A stretch of 64,000 nucleotides of DNA from a virus, in the IMG/VR virus record IMGVR_UViG_3300029177_000001, positions 26,630 through 90,629 of that record; one strand, 5' to 3'. Under the pieces are notes generated by a model. The model was given only the letters and a program-made list of their open reading frames with translations. It did no database searches and was not told the origin of the DNA. The position numbers and the translations under genes were made by a program. Of the stretch, positions 54,057 to 63,996 are shown in pieces; position 1 is the first letter of the stretch, and each line of letters begins with the position of its first letter.

Positions 54057-54883
54057 GAACAGATATTGTATCGTGCAAAGATTATGTAGAGATTAAAAAG
54101 AAAGAATTAGAAGAAGAGATTCAACATTTCAATAGAAAACCTGTACTTGCTGTAATTCAGATTGACAATGATCAGGCATCAAACTCCTATATCAAAGGGA
54201 AACAAAAAGATTGTGATGAGATTGGAATAGAAATGCGTCATGTAAATATTTATTCTAATGTAGCAGGGCAGAAGGAAGTTGAATGTATTATCAAAGATAT
54301 TGCAAAATCTGATGCAGATGGAATTATTATTCAACTCCCAATTCCAGATAAATATGATTTAAATCAGTTACAGAATTTAATTCCACCAGAAAAAGATGTA
54401 GATGGATTTAGAAAAGGCAGTTGTTTCAAACCATGTACTCCAAAAGGAATTATCGATTGGATGGAATATAACAACTTCGAGTTTAAAGGCAAGGATTGCT
54501 GTGTATTAGGCAGAAGTAAAATTGTTGGGCTTCCATTGACCAATATGCTAATTGAAAAAGGGGCAACAGTTACATGCTGTAATAGTACGACTCCGAGTAC
54601 ATGGTACTACACTAGAAATGCAGATTATGCTTTTTCTGCAGTTGGAGTTCCAAACTATTTTGATTTTTCAGACTTCCAAGATTTTTGTGAACTTGTTGTA
54701 GATATTGGAATTAATCGAGATGAGAATGGAAAATTATGTGGTGATGTAAACAATGCTGGGTTTGAGAGTAGTTTAAATGATACATATGTTACGCCGGTAC
54801 CCGGCGGGGTAGGATTACTCACAAGATTGGCATTAATGCAAAATGTTGTAGACGCATATAAAATTCAGAAAATGAAAGGATGA
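54053..54883 (+). CDS. folD: bifunctional methylenetetrahydrofolate dehydrogenase/cyclohydrolase
   Basis: 'LAVIQIDNDQASNSYIKGKQKDCDEIGI', 'IIIQLPIP', 'DVDGF', 'GRSKIVGLPL', 'TPVPGGVGLLT'. Confidence 0.85.
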   Translation: MRTDIVSCKDYVEIKKKELEEEIQHFNRKPVLAVIQIDNDQASNSYIKGKQKDCDEIGIEMRHVNIYSNVAGQKEVECIIKDIAKSDADGIIIQLPIPDKYDLNQLQNLIPPEKDVDGFRKGSCFKPCTPKGIIDWMEYNNFEFKGKDCCVLGRSKIVGLPLTNMLIEKGATVTCCNSTTPSTWYYTRNADYAFSAVGVPNYFDFSDFQDFCELVVDIGINRDENGKLCGDVNNAGFESSLNDTYVTPVPGGVGLLTRLALMQNVVDAYKIQKMKG

Positions 54884-54887
54884 TTGA

Positions 54888-55166
54888 ATGTTTAAGTTTT
54901 TTAAATGTAATCACGAATATAAAGAAGTCGGAAAATATTACACAATCGTCATGGATTATGAGTGCAAACATATTATGGCTGTTTCCGTATCCGAATGTAC
55001 AGTTTGCGGAGAACGAAAATCTGATGTTGTATATGAAGAAACTATTTCTTCAAATTCAGAATACGAAGTTGATGACGTGATTCAAACATTAGAAGATAGA
55101 GGGTTTTGTCCAAAATTAAACTTCATGTTGGATGATTATGAACGAAGAAAAAATGCAAAGGAGTGA
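54888..55166 (+). CDS. hypothetical Cys-containing protein
   Basis: aaagga RBS. Preferred over the overlapping alternative-frame ORF 54880..55080. Confidence 0.5.
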   Translation: MFKFFKCNHEYKEVGKYYTIVMDYECKHIMAVSVSECTVCGERKSDVVYEETISSNSEYEVDDVIQTLEDRGFCPKLNFMLDDYERRKNAKE

Positions 55167-55170
55167 TTTG

Positions 55171-57135
55171 ATGGATAAGATTAAAAGAATTCAAGAACTT
55201 GTAAAGCAGCTAAATGAATATAGAAACGCTTACTATAATGAAGCAAGGTCTGATGTTTCTGATGCAGCATATGACAAATTATTCGATGAGTTATCAGAAC
55301 TTGAAAAAGAAACTGGAGTTGTATATGCAAATTCACCAACACAAACTGTTGGATATGTGGTGAAATCAGAACTTGAAAAAGTTAAACATTCTCATCCAAT
55401 GTTATCGCTAGATAAAACAAAATCTGTTGATGATTTAGTAAAATTTGCCCGAGAAAAAGACTGTATTTTAAGTCTGAAAATGGATGGATTGACATGTCTT
55501 CTTACATATGAAAACGGAGAGTTGGTTCAGGCGGAAACTCGTGGAGATGGAGAAGTCGGGGAATTAATCACTCATAATGCAAAAGTCTTTGATAATATTC
55601 CTCTAACGATTGATTATAAAGGACATTTTGAGATCGAAGGAGAAGCCATTATTACATATGATGACTTTAATAAAATTAATGAGTTTTTGTCGGATGATAA
55701 GAAATATAAGAATCCAAGGAATTTAGCTTCTGGATCTGTGCGACAGTTAGATAGCAAGATTGCATCACAAAGACATATTAAATTTATTGCTTGGAAAGTC
55801 CCGACAGAAGTTGCATCAAATAGTTTTATCAATAGATTACAGTATGCTGCAGAATTAGGATTTGACACAGTCCCATTTTTGCCTATTCGTGGAAATTCTA
55901 ATGCAGAATTTATTAATATTGTGATTGAACAATTGCAGAGACGGGCGAATGAAAAGGGCTTTCCGATTGATGGCTTAGTGGCAACGTACAACGATATTAC
56001 ATACGGAGAGTCACTTGGAATGACAGGTCATCATCCTAAACATTCTATTGCATTTAAATTTTACGATGAAGAAGTCGAAACGGTATTGAAGAATATTGAA
56101 TGGTCAATGGGCAAGACCGGTTCATTAACACCTGTAGCAATTTTCGATCCTGTAGAAATTGACGGGACTATGGTGGAAAGAGCCAGCCTTCACAATGTAA
56201 GTATTCTTACTAAATTAGATTTACAAATTGGAGATACAATTATTGTATATAAAGCAAATCAAATTATCCCACAAGTAAAAGAAAACTTATCTGCAAAAGA
56301 CAGAGAATCAGCTTATATCCGGATTCCATCACAGTGTCCTGTATGTGAATCATCAACACAGATTGTAAAAGAAAATGATTCAGAAGTTTTGATGTGCACT
56401 AATCCACATTGTAAAGGTAAATTGCTAGGAAGAGTTTCTCATTTTGTTTCCAAGAAAGGTATGGATATTTCGGGATTGTCCGAAGAAACAATCAAGAAAT
56501 TTATTGAACTTGGATGGATTGCAGAAATTACAGACGTATATAATCTTGAGCAACATTATGACAGACTTTCTACAATGAGTGGTTTTGGAAGGAAATCAGT
56601 AGATAAATTAAGAAAGTCGATTGAAAATAGCAAGACAGTAAGATTGGACAAGTTTATTACTTCATTGAGTATTCCTGGAATCGGAACTTCACAATCAAGG
56701 GAGTTGGCAAAAGTATTTAACACATGGGATGATTTTAGAGATGCAAGTGTTGGGTGTTATAACTTTACACAGATAGATGGATTTGGAGATGTATTAAGTA
56801 AAAATATCCACTCATGGTTTAAAGACATGTGCGGTATTGCAGATAACCTTGCTTCTCTTATGACTTTTGAAGCAAAAGAAAAACAAAATGCAGATAATTC
56901 GTTAGATGGCAAATCATTTGTTGTGACAGGGAAAGTTTTCAGATTCAAAAATCGTGACGAAGTAAAAGCAGAAATTGAAAAACGTGGTGGAAAAGTTGCT
57001 GGATCAGTAACCAAATCTACATATGCTTTGATTAATAATGATATTGAATCAAATAGCAGTAAAAATAAAAAAGCAAAAGAACTTGGTGTAAAGATTATCA
57101 CCGAAGATCAATTGATTGAAATGTTGGGTATGTAG
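55171..57135 (+). CDS. ligA: NAD-dependent DNA ligase
   Basis: ORF track 55132..57135. ATG 55171 after aaggag and after the upstream stop. 'YYNEARSDVSDAAYDKL', 'LSLKMDGLT' (KxDG), Zn finger 'CPVCES...CTNPHC', HhH and BRCT 'GKSFVVTG'. Confidence 0.9.
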   Translation: MDKIKRIQELVKQLNEYRNAYYNEARSDVSDAAYDKLFDELSELEKETGVVYANSPTQTVGYVVKSELEKVKHSHPMLSLDKTKSVDDLVKFAREKDCILSLKMDGLTCLLTYENGELVQAETRGDGEVGELITHNAKVFDNIPLTIDYKGHFEIEGEAIITYDDFNKINEFLSDDKKYKNPRNLASGSVRQLDSKIASQRHIKFIAWKVPTEVASNSFINRLQYAAELGFDTVPFLPIRGNSNAEFINIVIEQLQRRANEKGFPIDGLVATYNDITYGESLGMTGHHPKHSIAFKFYDEEVETVLKNIEWSMGKTGSLTPVAIFDPVEIDGTMVERASLHNVSILTKLDLQIGDTIIVYKANQIIPQVKENLSAKDRESAYIRIPSQCPVCESSTQIVKENDSEVLMCTNPHCKGKLLGRVSHFVSKKGMDISGLSEETIKKFIELGWIAEITDVYNLEQHYDRLSTMSGFGRKSVDKLRKSIENSKTVRLDKFITSLSIPGIGTSQSRELAKVFNTWDDFRDASVGCYNFTQIDGFGDVLSKNIHSWFKDMCGIADNLASLMTFEAKEKQNADNSLDGKSFVVTGKVFRFKNRDEVKAEIEKRGGKVAGSVTKSTYALINNDIESNSSKNKKAKELGVKIITEDQLIEMLGM

Positions 57136-57182
57136 TTATTTTGCATACCGAAACAACATCATAATAGGAAGGAATTTTGATT

Positions 57183-57422
57183 ATGGAGTTATATATTAAA
57201 TTAAATACTGTAAAAAATGCAATGCTATTTGCAACGGTTTGTGACAATTATGAAGAAGATATTGATTATATTTGTGGGAGATATCAGATTGATGCTAAAT
57301 CAATTCTTGGGATTATGGGAATTGGACTCGAAAGAGAATGCACAGTTGTGCTCCATTCAGAAGATGAGTATGTAAAAAATAAATTTAAAGAAGATATGAA
57401 ACTATGGATTGTGGAGGAATAA
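57183..57422 (+). CDS. HPr-like domain protein lacking the His15 site
   Basis: 'YQIDAKSILGIMGIGLERECTVVLHSEDE' matches the HPr Ser46 region. N-terminal 'NTVKNAMLFATV' replaces the 'GIHARPA' active-site His. Confidence 0.45.
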   Translation: MELYIKLNTVKNAMLFATVCDNYEEDIDYICGRYQIDAKSILGIMGIGLERECTVVLHSEDEYVKNKFKEDMKLWIVEE

Positions 57423-57425
57423 TTT

Positions 57426-58049
57426 ATGAATAAACCCGATTTATCAAAAATGCGCGTAGAAATCAAATGGGCTGAAGATATGTGGCAGCAGATTAAAGAT
57501 GCAACAATGACTACGATTGGTAAAGACAAAGGTTCTTATCCTGATCATGATTGGAAATTGAAGCTTTTAATGGCAGAACACTCTCCGGTCAGACTTGGAT
57601 TTGTAATTTTGAAAATCTATGATGCACCACAATTTGTACATGGACATTTAGTGCGTCATTCAAATGGGGTTGTTCCGTTTGTATCATCACTCAGAAGTGA
57701 CAGGAATAACTATAATGAAGTTCCTGATAGAAACACATTACAGAGTGCTACATATTACTTTAATTTTCAAGCTTTAATCAATGTTGCGAGAAAAAGACTA
57801 TGTAATTGTGCTAGTTACGAAACACAGAAAGCATTTAAGATGATTAAAGATGAAATTGTTAAATTTGAACCAGAAGCAGCAAGCAGAATGGTTAGAGAAT
57901 GCGTGTATAGAAATGGTCTTTGTCCGGAAATGTTTACGTGCGGATATAATAAAACACAAGCATTTGAAGAGGAGTTAAAGGAATATATTAAAGGATTCGA
58001 GCCTCAAATCTGTGACAAAACGAATATCAGAAAAGGAACGAATGAATAA
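57426..58049 (+). CDS. ThyX-like (flavin-dependent thymidylate synthase family) protein with altered signature
   Basis: 'EHSPVRLGFVILKIYDAPQFVHGHLVRHSNGVVPFVSSLRSDR' aligns by eye with ThyX '...AP.FV..Q..RHR..S.....S.RY', but reads RHS instead of RHR and LRSD instead of GRY. Confidence 0.5.
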   Translation: MNKPDLSKMRVEIKWAEDMWQQIKDATMTTIGKDKGSYPDHDWKLKLLMAEHSPVRLGFVILKIYDAPQFVHGHLVRHSNGVVPFVSSLRSDRNNYNEVPDRNTLQSATYYFNFQALINVARKRLCNCASYETQKAFKMIKDEIVKFEPEAASRMVRECVYRNGLCPEMFTCGYNKTQAFEEELKEYIKGFEPQICDKTNIRKGTNE

Positions 58050-58249
58050 TGCCAGATATGATTTATTATTGCAAACATGAGGAAAATGATTGTCCTGTAA
58101 AAGATACATGTGAAAGATATGTAGATGCGGAACAGCATGAATGTAAAGTTACCTTATATAAAGCGATGTGTGTTGATGATAATGGACGAGTATTGTTTAT
58201 TAATAAAACACCATTAAATATAGAAGATACAGAGGTGAAATTAGAATAA
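58049..58249 (+). CDS. small Cys-containing hypothetical protein
   Basis: ATG overlaps the upstream stop. The next gene overlaps its stop. Confidence 0.5.
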   Translation: MPDMIYYCKHEENDCPVKDTCERYVDAEQHECKVTLYKAMCVDDNGRVLFINKTPLNIEDTEVKLE

Positions 58250-58803
58250 TGGCAATTATAATCTTCGGTAAAACAGCAAGTGGAAAGAGTAGGATTGTTG
58301 ATGAACTTGTAAAACAAGGATACAAGAAAATTGTAACGACAACAACAAGACCGGCAAGAAAAGGTGAAATTGATGGAGTTGATTACAATTTTATTTCCGA
58401 AGAGGAGTTTGAACAACTTATTAATACACGATATTTTGCGGAATGGAAGAAATACGACACCGTAGAAGGTGTTTGGTATTATGGTTCTCCTTTAGATGAA
58501 ATATCAAGAGTGGACAATAAATCGATCGTAATTCTGACTCCAGATGGATATAGAGACATTAAAGATGAATTGGATGATCATATTGCTATTTATATATATG
58601 CAAACAATAAAACAATTAGAAGCAGACTATCTAAACGTGGAGACAAGAAAGAAGAGGCTGATCGTAGAATTAAACAGGATAACAAAGATTTTAAAGATGC
58701 TGAATTTCTAGCGGATAGAATTTTTTACAATAATGAAGACAAGGATATCAGTGATCTAGTAGATGAAATTTGTAAATACTTAAAAACGAGAGAGGATGAA
58801 TAA
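58249..58803 (+). CDS. gmk: guanylate kinase-like nucleoside monophosphate kinase
   Basis: 'IIIFGKTASGKSRIV' (P-loop), 'VTTTTRPARKGEIDGVDYNFISEEEF' (guanylate kinase signature). Confidence 0.8.
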   Translation: MAIIIFGKTASGKSRIVDELVKQGYKKIVTTTTRPARKGEIDGVDYNFISEEEFEQLINTRYFAEWKKYDTVEGVWYYGSPLDEISRVDNKSIVILTPDGYRDIKDELDDHIAIYIYANNKTIRSRLSKRGDKKEEADRRIKQDNKDFKDAEFLADRIFYNNEDKDISDLVDEICKYLKTREDE

Positions 58804-58808
58804 ATAAA

Positions 58809-59000
58809 TTGATCAGAACGAGTGGCATGTTGATGAGAGAGTTGGGAATGTATCCTGACGATTTCATCACAGTTAGATTAGGAGAAGAAGAATATGTAAT
58901 TGATAGTATTGGACACACGAAAACACATGGAAACATCGATGACATCTCTCACTTATGTTTAAACGTGAGAGATGGAGGAAGTGGATTTATTAGGAGGTAA
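58809..59000 (+). CDS. hypothetical protein
   Basis: TTG start in ORF track. Start uncertain. Confidence 0.35.
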   Translation: MIRTSGMLMRELGMYPDDFITVRLGEEEYVIDSIGHTKTHGNIDDISHLCLNVRDGGSGFIRR

Positions 59001-59007
59001 AGTAAGT

Positions 59008-59292
59008 ATGGATTTTAATCAACTTGGAACAGTGATTTTTGCAATTGGGACAACAATGTGGATTCCAATCTGGTCATTGTTTGAAGGTGTTGCAAAATGT
59101 ATTCGTGCATTCAAAGGTACAGATGTGACTATGGAAGGGTTTAGAAGCAATAAAAGTCATGAATGGTCTGATTCTGATGGTGAAGAAGATTTGGGAGAAG
59201 ACGAACCAAAAGAAGTGAATAATACAATGGAGCAGAAAACAAAAAGAACCAGACCTACAACGAAGACAACAAAAGATAGTTCTCAGAAGTAA
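59008..59292 (+). CDS. small membrane-anchored acidic/basic protein
   Basis: ORF track 58972..59292. ATG 59008 after aggagg. 'LGTVIFAIGTTMWIPIWSLF' is a TM segment. Confidence 0.5.
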   Translation: MDFNQLGTVIFAIGTTMWIPIWSLFEGVAKCIRAFKGTDVTMEGFRSNKSHEWSDSDGEEDLGEDEPKEVNNTMEQKTKRTRPTTKTTKDSSQK

Positions 59293-59298
59293 GAAAGG

Positions 59299-61482
59299 AT
59301 GATGTATTTGATGAAAGTAATTAAAAGAGATTGTACTGTGGCAGAATTTGAAAAGAAAAAAATTTACGATGCTATTATGAAGTCGATGAAAAACGGGAGC
59401 GGAATTATTAAACCCAAAATCGCAGAATCGATTGCAGATGAAATTTATGAAGAGAATAAGGATAGACAGGATATTAGTATTTCTGAAATTGAGATGTCTG
59501 TGTATGATAAGCTAATTACTAAAAAACAGCGATTGACGGCTAAGGCTTATGAAGGATATCGATGTGTCAGAGAATTTCAGAGAGAAAATATGAATACAAC
59601 AGATGAACAAATTTCAGAACTTTTAAGCGGATCAAGTGATTACTGGAATAACGAGAACTCGAATAAAAATCCTAAATTGCTCACAACTCAGAGAGATTAC
59701 ATGGCAGGAATTTTAAGCACTGATATTACAAGAAGATTTCTACTTCCTCCAGAAATTGTACAAGCTCATGATGAAGGAATGATTCATTTTCATGATGCGG
59801 ATTATTACGCACAGAACGCAATTTCAAACTGTTGTTTAATCAATCTTGAAGATATGTTGCAAAACGGAACATGTATTAACAAAGTGACAATTGATAAGCC
59901 ACATAGACTAATTACCGCAACAACAATTGCTACACAAATTATAACTGCCGTTACATCTTCACAATATGGCGGAGCAACAATCACATTAACACATTTGGCT
60001 CCATTTGTAAGAGATAGCTTCAATATCTATATGGAGAAATATAAAAATAGAGGACTGTCTTATCAGCAGTGTCTTGAATTTTCAAGAGAAGATATTAAAA
60101 AAGAAATTGCGGATTCAGTACAGACTTTTAATTATCAGGTGAATTCTATGACGACAACGAATGGACAATCTCCATTCCTGTCAGTATTTATGTATCTTGG
60201 AGAAACTGAAGAATACAAAGAAGAGCTTGCAATGCTTATTGAAGAATTCTTAAAACAAAGAATTCAAGGATTGAAAAATGAAGAGGGCGTATATGTTACA
60301 CAGGCATTCCCAAAATTATTGTATGTATTAGAGCCATGCAATATTGATAAAGACGGAAGTTACTTCTATTTGACAAAATTGGCAGCAGAATGTACAGCTA
60401 AGAGAATGGTTCCTGATTATATTTCTGAAAAAGTTATGCTTGAAAATAAGATTGATAAAAATGGCAACGGAAATGTGTATGGCTGCATGGGTTGTCGCAG
60501 CTTTCTTACTCCATACATTAGCAAGACTGGAAAATCGCAGTATTATGGTCGATTTAACCAAGGTGTTGTTACATTAAACTTAGTAGATATCGCACTCTCA
60601 TCTGGAGGAGATATCGATTCATTTTGGACAATTTTTGATGAAAGATCAGAATTATGTCATAAGGCATTGAAACTTAGACACGAGAGACTTGAAGGAACTT
60701 TGTCTGATGTCGCTCCTGTTTTATATCAGGACGGAGCGTTTGCAAGGCTAAAAAAAGGAGAAAAGATTGACGAACTTTTGCATGACGGGTATTCAACAAT
60801 TTCACTTGGATATGCAGGTTTATATGAATGCGTAAAATATATGACAGGCAATTCTCATACAGATGAAGATATTGGAACATCATTTGGTTTAGAGGTTATG
60901 AAGAGACTTAATGATAAATGCAATGAATGGAAAGAAAAAGAAAATATTGATTACAGCTTATATGGAAGTCCAATTGAATCAACCACGTATAAATTTGCTA
61001 AATGTTTAAAGAAACGATTTGGCGTGATCGATGGAATTACGGATAGAGACTACATTACAAATTCATACCATGTGCCAGTATTTGAAGAAATTGATCCATT
61101 TAAAAAACTAGAACTTGAAAGCAAGTTCCAAAAACTGAGTCCCGGTGGTGCAATTAGCTATGTTGAATGTGCAGATTTAACCCAAAATACAGAAGTAGTG
61201 ATTGAGATCATGAAATTTATTTATGAGCATATTATGTATGCAGAGTTAAATACAAAATCTGATTATTGTCAGGAATGTGGGTATAATGGAGAGATTAAAA
61301 TTATTGATGAAGATGGTGAACTGATCTGGGAGTGCCCAAATTGCGGTAATAGAAACAAAGATAAAATGAATGTGACAAGAAGAACATGTGGATATATTGG
61401 TACGAACTTCTGGAATCAAGGAAGAACGGAAGAAATTAAAGAACGATATGTTCATGTAGACGATCATGAAGCGGAGGTATAA
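59299..61482 (+). CDS. nrdD: anaerobic ribonucleoside-triphosphate reductase (class III)
   Basis: N-terminal ATP-cone 'VIKRDCTVAEFEKKKI', C-terminal Zn site 'CQECGY...CPNCG' and glycyl-radical motif 'RRTCGYIG'. Start could be 59299, 59302 or 59311. Confidence 0.92.
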   Translation: MMYLMKVIKRDCTVAEFEKKKIYDAIMKSMKNGSGIIKPKIAESIADEIYEENKDRQDISISEIEMSVYDKLITKKQRLTAKAYEGYRCVREFQRENMNTTDEQISELLSGSSDYWNNENSNKNPKLLTTQRDYMAGILSTDITRRFLLPPEIVQAHDEGMIHFHDADYYAQNAISNCCLINLEDMLQNGTCINKVTIDKPHRLITATTIATQIITAVTSSQYGGATITLTHLAPFVRDSFNIYMEKYKNRGLSYQQCLEFSREDIKKEIADSVQTFNYQVNSMTTTNGQSPFLSVFMYLGETEEYKEELAMLIEEFLKQRIQGLKNEEGVYVTQAFPKLLYVLEPCNIDKDGSYFYLTKLAAECTAKRMVPDYISEKVMLENKIDKNGNGNVYGCMGCRSFLTPYISKTGKSQYYGRFNQGVVTLNLVDIALSSGGDIDSFWTIFDERSELCHKALKLRHERLEGTLSDVAPVLYQDGAFARLKKGEKIDELLHDGYSTISLGYAGLYECVKYMTGNSHTDEDIGTSFGLEVMKRLNDKCNEWKEKENIDYSLYGSPIESTTYKFAKCLKKRFGVIDGITDRDYITNSYHVPVFEEIDPFKKLELESKFQKLSPGGAISYVECADLTQNTEVVIEIMKFIYEHIMYAELNTKSDYCQECGYNGEIKIIDEDGELIWECPNCGNRNKDKMNVTRRTCGYIGTNFWNQGRTEEIKERYVHVDDHEAEV

Positions 61483-61485
61483 ATA

Positions 61486-62127
61486 GTGAGATATGCATCA
61501 ATAAGGAAGCTTGACATTTCCAACGGAGAGGGTATTGGTGCATCTCTCTTCGTTCAAGGATGTCATTTTCATTGCAAGAATTGTTTTAACAAGGATACGT
61601 GGGATTTTGATGGTGGAAAAGAGTGGACAAAAGATGTTAAGAAAAAATTTATGCAATTAACGGAATCGTCATACATAAAAAGAATTAGCATTCTCGGAGG
61701 AGAACCACTCGCAAATGAAAATCTTAAAGATGTTTTTGAATTGATTACAGACTTACGGTCAAAGTATCCAATAAAAAGAAAAATATGTACAATATATAGT
61801 TGTGGAAACAATTATGAACACAATATATTGACAAGAAATTCGGATGAAATTCGTCTTTCATATCCAGAAAAAACAATCTGGTTATATACAGGATACACAT
61901 GGGAACAGATTATGTATCCGGTTGTTACAGACGATTTTAATCCAGAACGAGATAAACTTGTAAAAATGCGACAAGATATCGTAAGGCAATGTGATGTTCT
62001 CGTAGACGGAAGATATGAAGAAGACAAACGTGATGTTACTTATCACTGGGCTGGCAGCACAAATCAAAGAGTAATTGATATAAGAAGAACATTAGAACAA
62101 GGAAGTGTGGTTCTATGGGAGAGTTAG
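61486..62127 (+). CDS. nrdG: anaerobic RNR activating radical-SAM protein
   Basis: 'FVQGCHFHCKNCFN' (CxxxCxxC). Directly follows nrdD. Confidence 0.88.
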   Translation: MRYASIRKLDISNGEGIGASLFVQGCHFHCKNCFNKDTWDFDGGKEWTKDVKKKFMQLTESSYIKRISILGGEPLANENLKDVFELITDLRSKYPIKRKICTIYSCGNNYEHNILTRNSDEIRLSYPEKTIWLYTGYTWEQIMYPVVTDDFNPERDKLVKMRQDIVRQCDVLVDGRYEEDKRDVTYHWAGSTNQRVIDIRRTLEQGSVVLWES

Positions 62128-62387
62128 TAAAAGTAAAAGATATTTTATATTACGCAAGAATTATTCCTACGGTTGGCATATTTGATGTATGCCAACTAAC
62201 AATAAGAACAGTAAAAGAAGATTATTTTGTTGGATGCGACAAAGTAGACAAACATGCTTATCTATTTAGTTATTCTGATTTGGAAGAGATTGTGTTTCAC
62301 GATCGTAAACAAGCGTTAGATAAAGTTCTTGTTGCAGAGAATAATAAAAAGAAAATAAATAATGAAGTATTTTACGAGGAGTATTGA
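62115..62387 (+). CDS. hypothetical protein
   Basis: Overlaps the nrdG end. Plus-strand array. Confidence 0.5.
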   Translation: MGELVKVKDILYYARIIPTVGIFDVCQLTIRTVKEDYFVGCDKVDKHAYLFSYSDLEEIVFHDRKQALDKVLVAENNKKKINNEVFYEEY

Positions 62388-62388
62388 A

Positions 62389-62517
62389 ATGGGTGTATTT
62401 ATAGGATTTATGGTTGGATTTTTTATTGGAGTAGTCGCCAGTTTGTTTGCGATTTCTTTATGTGTTGCCTCAGATGAGAGAGAGAATTTTTATGATGAAG
62501 AGGACGGTGATAAATAA
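62389..62517 (+). CDS. small single-TM peptide (42 aa)
   Basis: Not in ORF track. MGVFIGFMVGFFIGVVASLFAISLCVASDERENFYDEEDGDK. Start abuts the upstream stop. Confidence 0.4.
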   Translation: MGVFIGFMVGFFIGVVASLFAISLCVASDERENFYDEEDGDK

Positions 62518-63147
62518 TTGTCATACTTGATGAGATATAAAGGCACATATAGGTTAAAAGTGCCGTATGACTTGCGAAATAATCAGTATGGAAGAAAGCT
62601 GAATGGAACATTAGAAGACATTGATGTTTATATAGATTGTCAGCATGGTAATAAAGTTTTCCATTATGGAAGATCAATATTACAAGCGTATATTCCATCA
62701 CTAATTCGTGGTCATAACGTTCTGAAGAAACTTACAGATTTATATGGACAAGATATTGTATCAGATATAGAAGAAAGTGATTCGGAAGTGTTATTTAGAT
62801 TTAATGCAAGAGATATCAAAAAAATAATTCCATTATTAAAACCTAGAACAAATGGTTCTGGCATTAGCCCTTTTAGCAGTAAAAATCTACCTAAAACAAA
62901 GTATATTATTCCAGACGAAGATTTTGCTATGTATAAAAATATCATCAAAAACATACCTCAAAAAGAAGTTTTAGGTATAAGTCATATGACAAATGATTTT
63001 GTCAAAAGTATCTCTACAAAAAATAATACTTATGAAAATATAAAAAATGACATGATTGCCAAAGGTCTAAAAGGGAAAGAATATATTCACAGCATTGGAA
63101 AATGGAATGAGTATATTGGATTTTTACGAGATAAATTAAAGGAGTAA
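62518..63147 (+). CDS. hypothetical protein
   Basis: TTG 62518 or ATG 62530. No domain recognised. Confidence 0.55.
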   Translation: MSYLMRYKGTYRLKVPYDLRNNQYGRKLNGTLEDIDVYIDCQHGNKVFHYGRSILQAYIPSLIRGHNVLKKLTDLYGQDIVSDIEESDSEVLFRFNARDIKKIIPLLKPRTNGSGISPFSSKNLPKTKYIIPDEDFAMYKNIIKNIPQKEVLGISHMTNDFVKSISTKNNTYENIKNDMIAKGLKGKEYIHSIGKWNEYIGFLRDKLKE

Positions 63148-63153
63148 TGGATT

Positions 63154-63486
63154 ATGAAGCAGCTTAAATTACATAGGCAATGTACACATGATAAGTTAAT
63201 CAATTTTGGATTTAGGAAGTGCGGCTTAAATTATAAGTTGTTTCGTCCTCTATATGAGAACAAGTCAAAGACAGTAATTGCTGCAGAATTTCTTGTCTCA
63301 TCTTTAGACAACTATGTTGGATATGATGTCATAGATGTATGTGGTGACACATTGTATACGGCATTTTACGACAAAGAATATACAAACGAAGAGAAAAACG
63401 ATGTCTATAGAACAGTATACACAAGACTATCTGACATTATGGATGAAATGGTAAAAGCAAAAATTATTAGAAAGAGAGTGATTTAA
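63154..63486 (+). CDS. hypothetical protein
   Basis: aaggag RBS. Confidence 0.55.
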   Translation: MKQLKLHRQCTHDKLINFGFRKCGLNYKLFRPLYENKSKTVIAAEFLVSSLDNYVGYDVIDVCGDTLYTAFYDKEYTNEEKNDVYRTVYTRLSDIMDEMVKAKIIRKRVI

Positions 63487-63489
63487 TTT

Positions 63490-63996
63490 ATGAGAAAAAT
63501 AGCAGTTTTTAGAAAAGTAAGTGAAGAACAATTCGTAGGTGATTGTTCAAATGCATTTGGAGATGATAATATTTTAGACATACGAAAAAAATATAAAGAA
63601 ATAAATCTGCCAAAACGTAGCACAAGATTTAGCGCAGGACATGACATCTGTACTCCATTTGATGTGAAACTTTGTCCAGGTGAAAAGTTAATGATACCAA
63701 CTGGAATTAGATGTGAAATGAGTGAAGAATATGTTATGTTGATTTTTCCACGCAGTAGTCTTGGAATTAAAAAAGGAATGACTATTTCAAATACAGTTCC
63801 TGTTGTGGACGCAGATTATTTCTTTGCGGATAATGAGGGACATATTTTTATTAGTATTAAAAATAATGGAAATGATGTTTTGGAATTGAGATCAGGAGAA
63901 AAAATTGTACAGGCTGTATTTGTTCCATTCGGTGTTGCAGATGAAGAAGAAATCACAACTGAACGTACTGGCGGTATTGGCTCAACAGGAAAGTAG
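63490..63996 (+). CDS. dut: dUTP diphosphatase
   Basis: 'RFSAGHDICTP', 'PRSSLGIK', 'VVDADY' and C-terminal 'RTGGIGSTGK' (dUTPase motifs 1-5 pattern). Confidence 0.85.
   Translation: MRKIAVFRKVSEEQFVGDCSNAFGDDNILDIRKKYKEINLPKRSTRFSAGHDICTPFDVKLCPGEKLMIPTGIRCEMSEEYVMLIFPRSSLGIKKGMTISNTVPVVDADYFFADNEGHIFISIKNNGNDVLELRSGEKIVQAVFVPFGVADEEEITTERTGGIGSTGK

Noticed and set aside
54880-55080. ORF 54880..55080 overlapping ORF 54888..55166 in another frame
   Set aside because: Its translation is low-complexity and hydrophobic, and the ATG sits inside the folD stop context without an SD. The 54888 frame has an aaagga RBS and paired Cys motifs.
48419-61482. Inteins or group I introns in dnaE, dnaB, recD or nrdD
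   Set aside because: All four ORFs are uninterrupted, of ordinary length for their families, and I saw no intein block motifs or large unexplained insertions.
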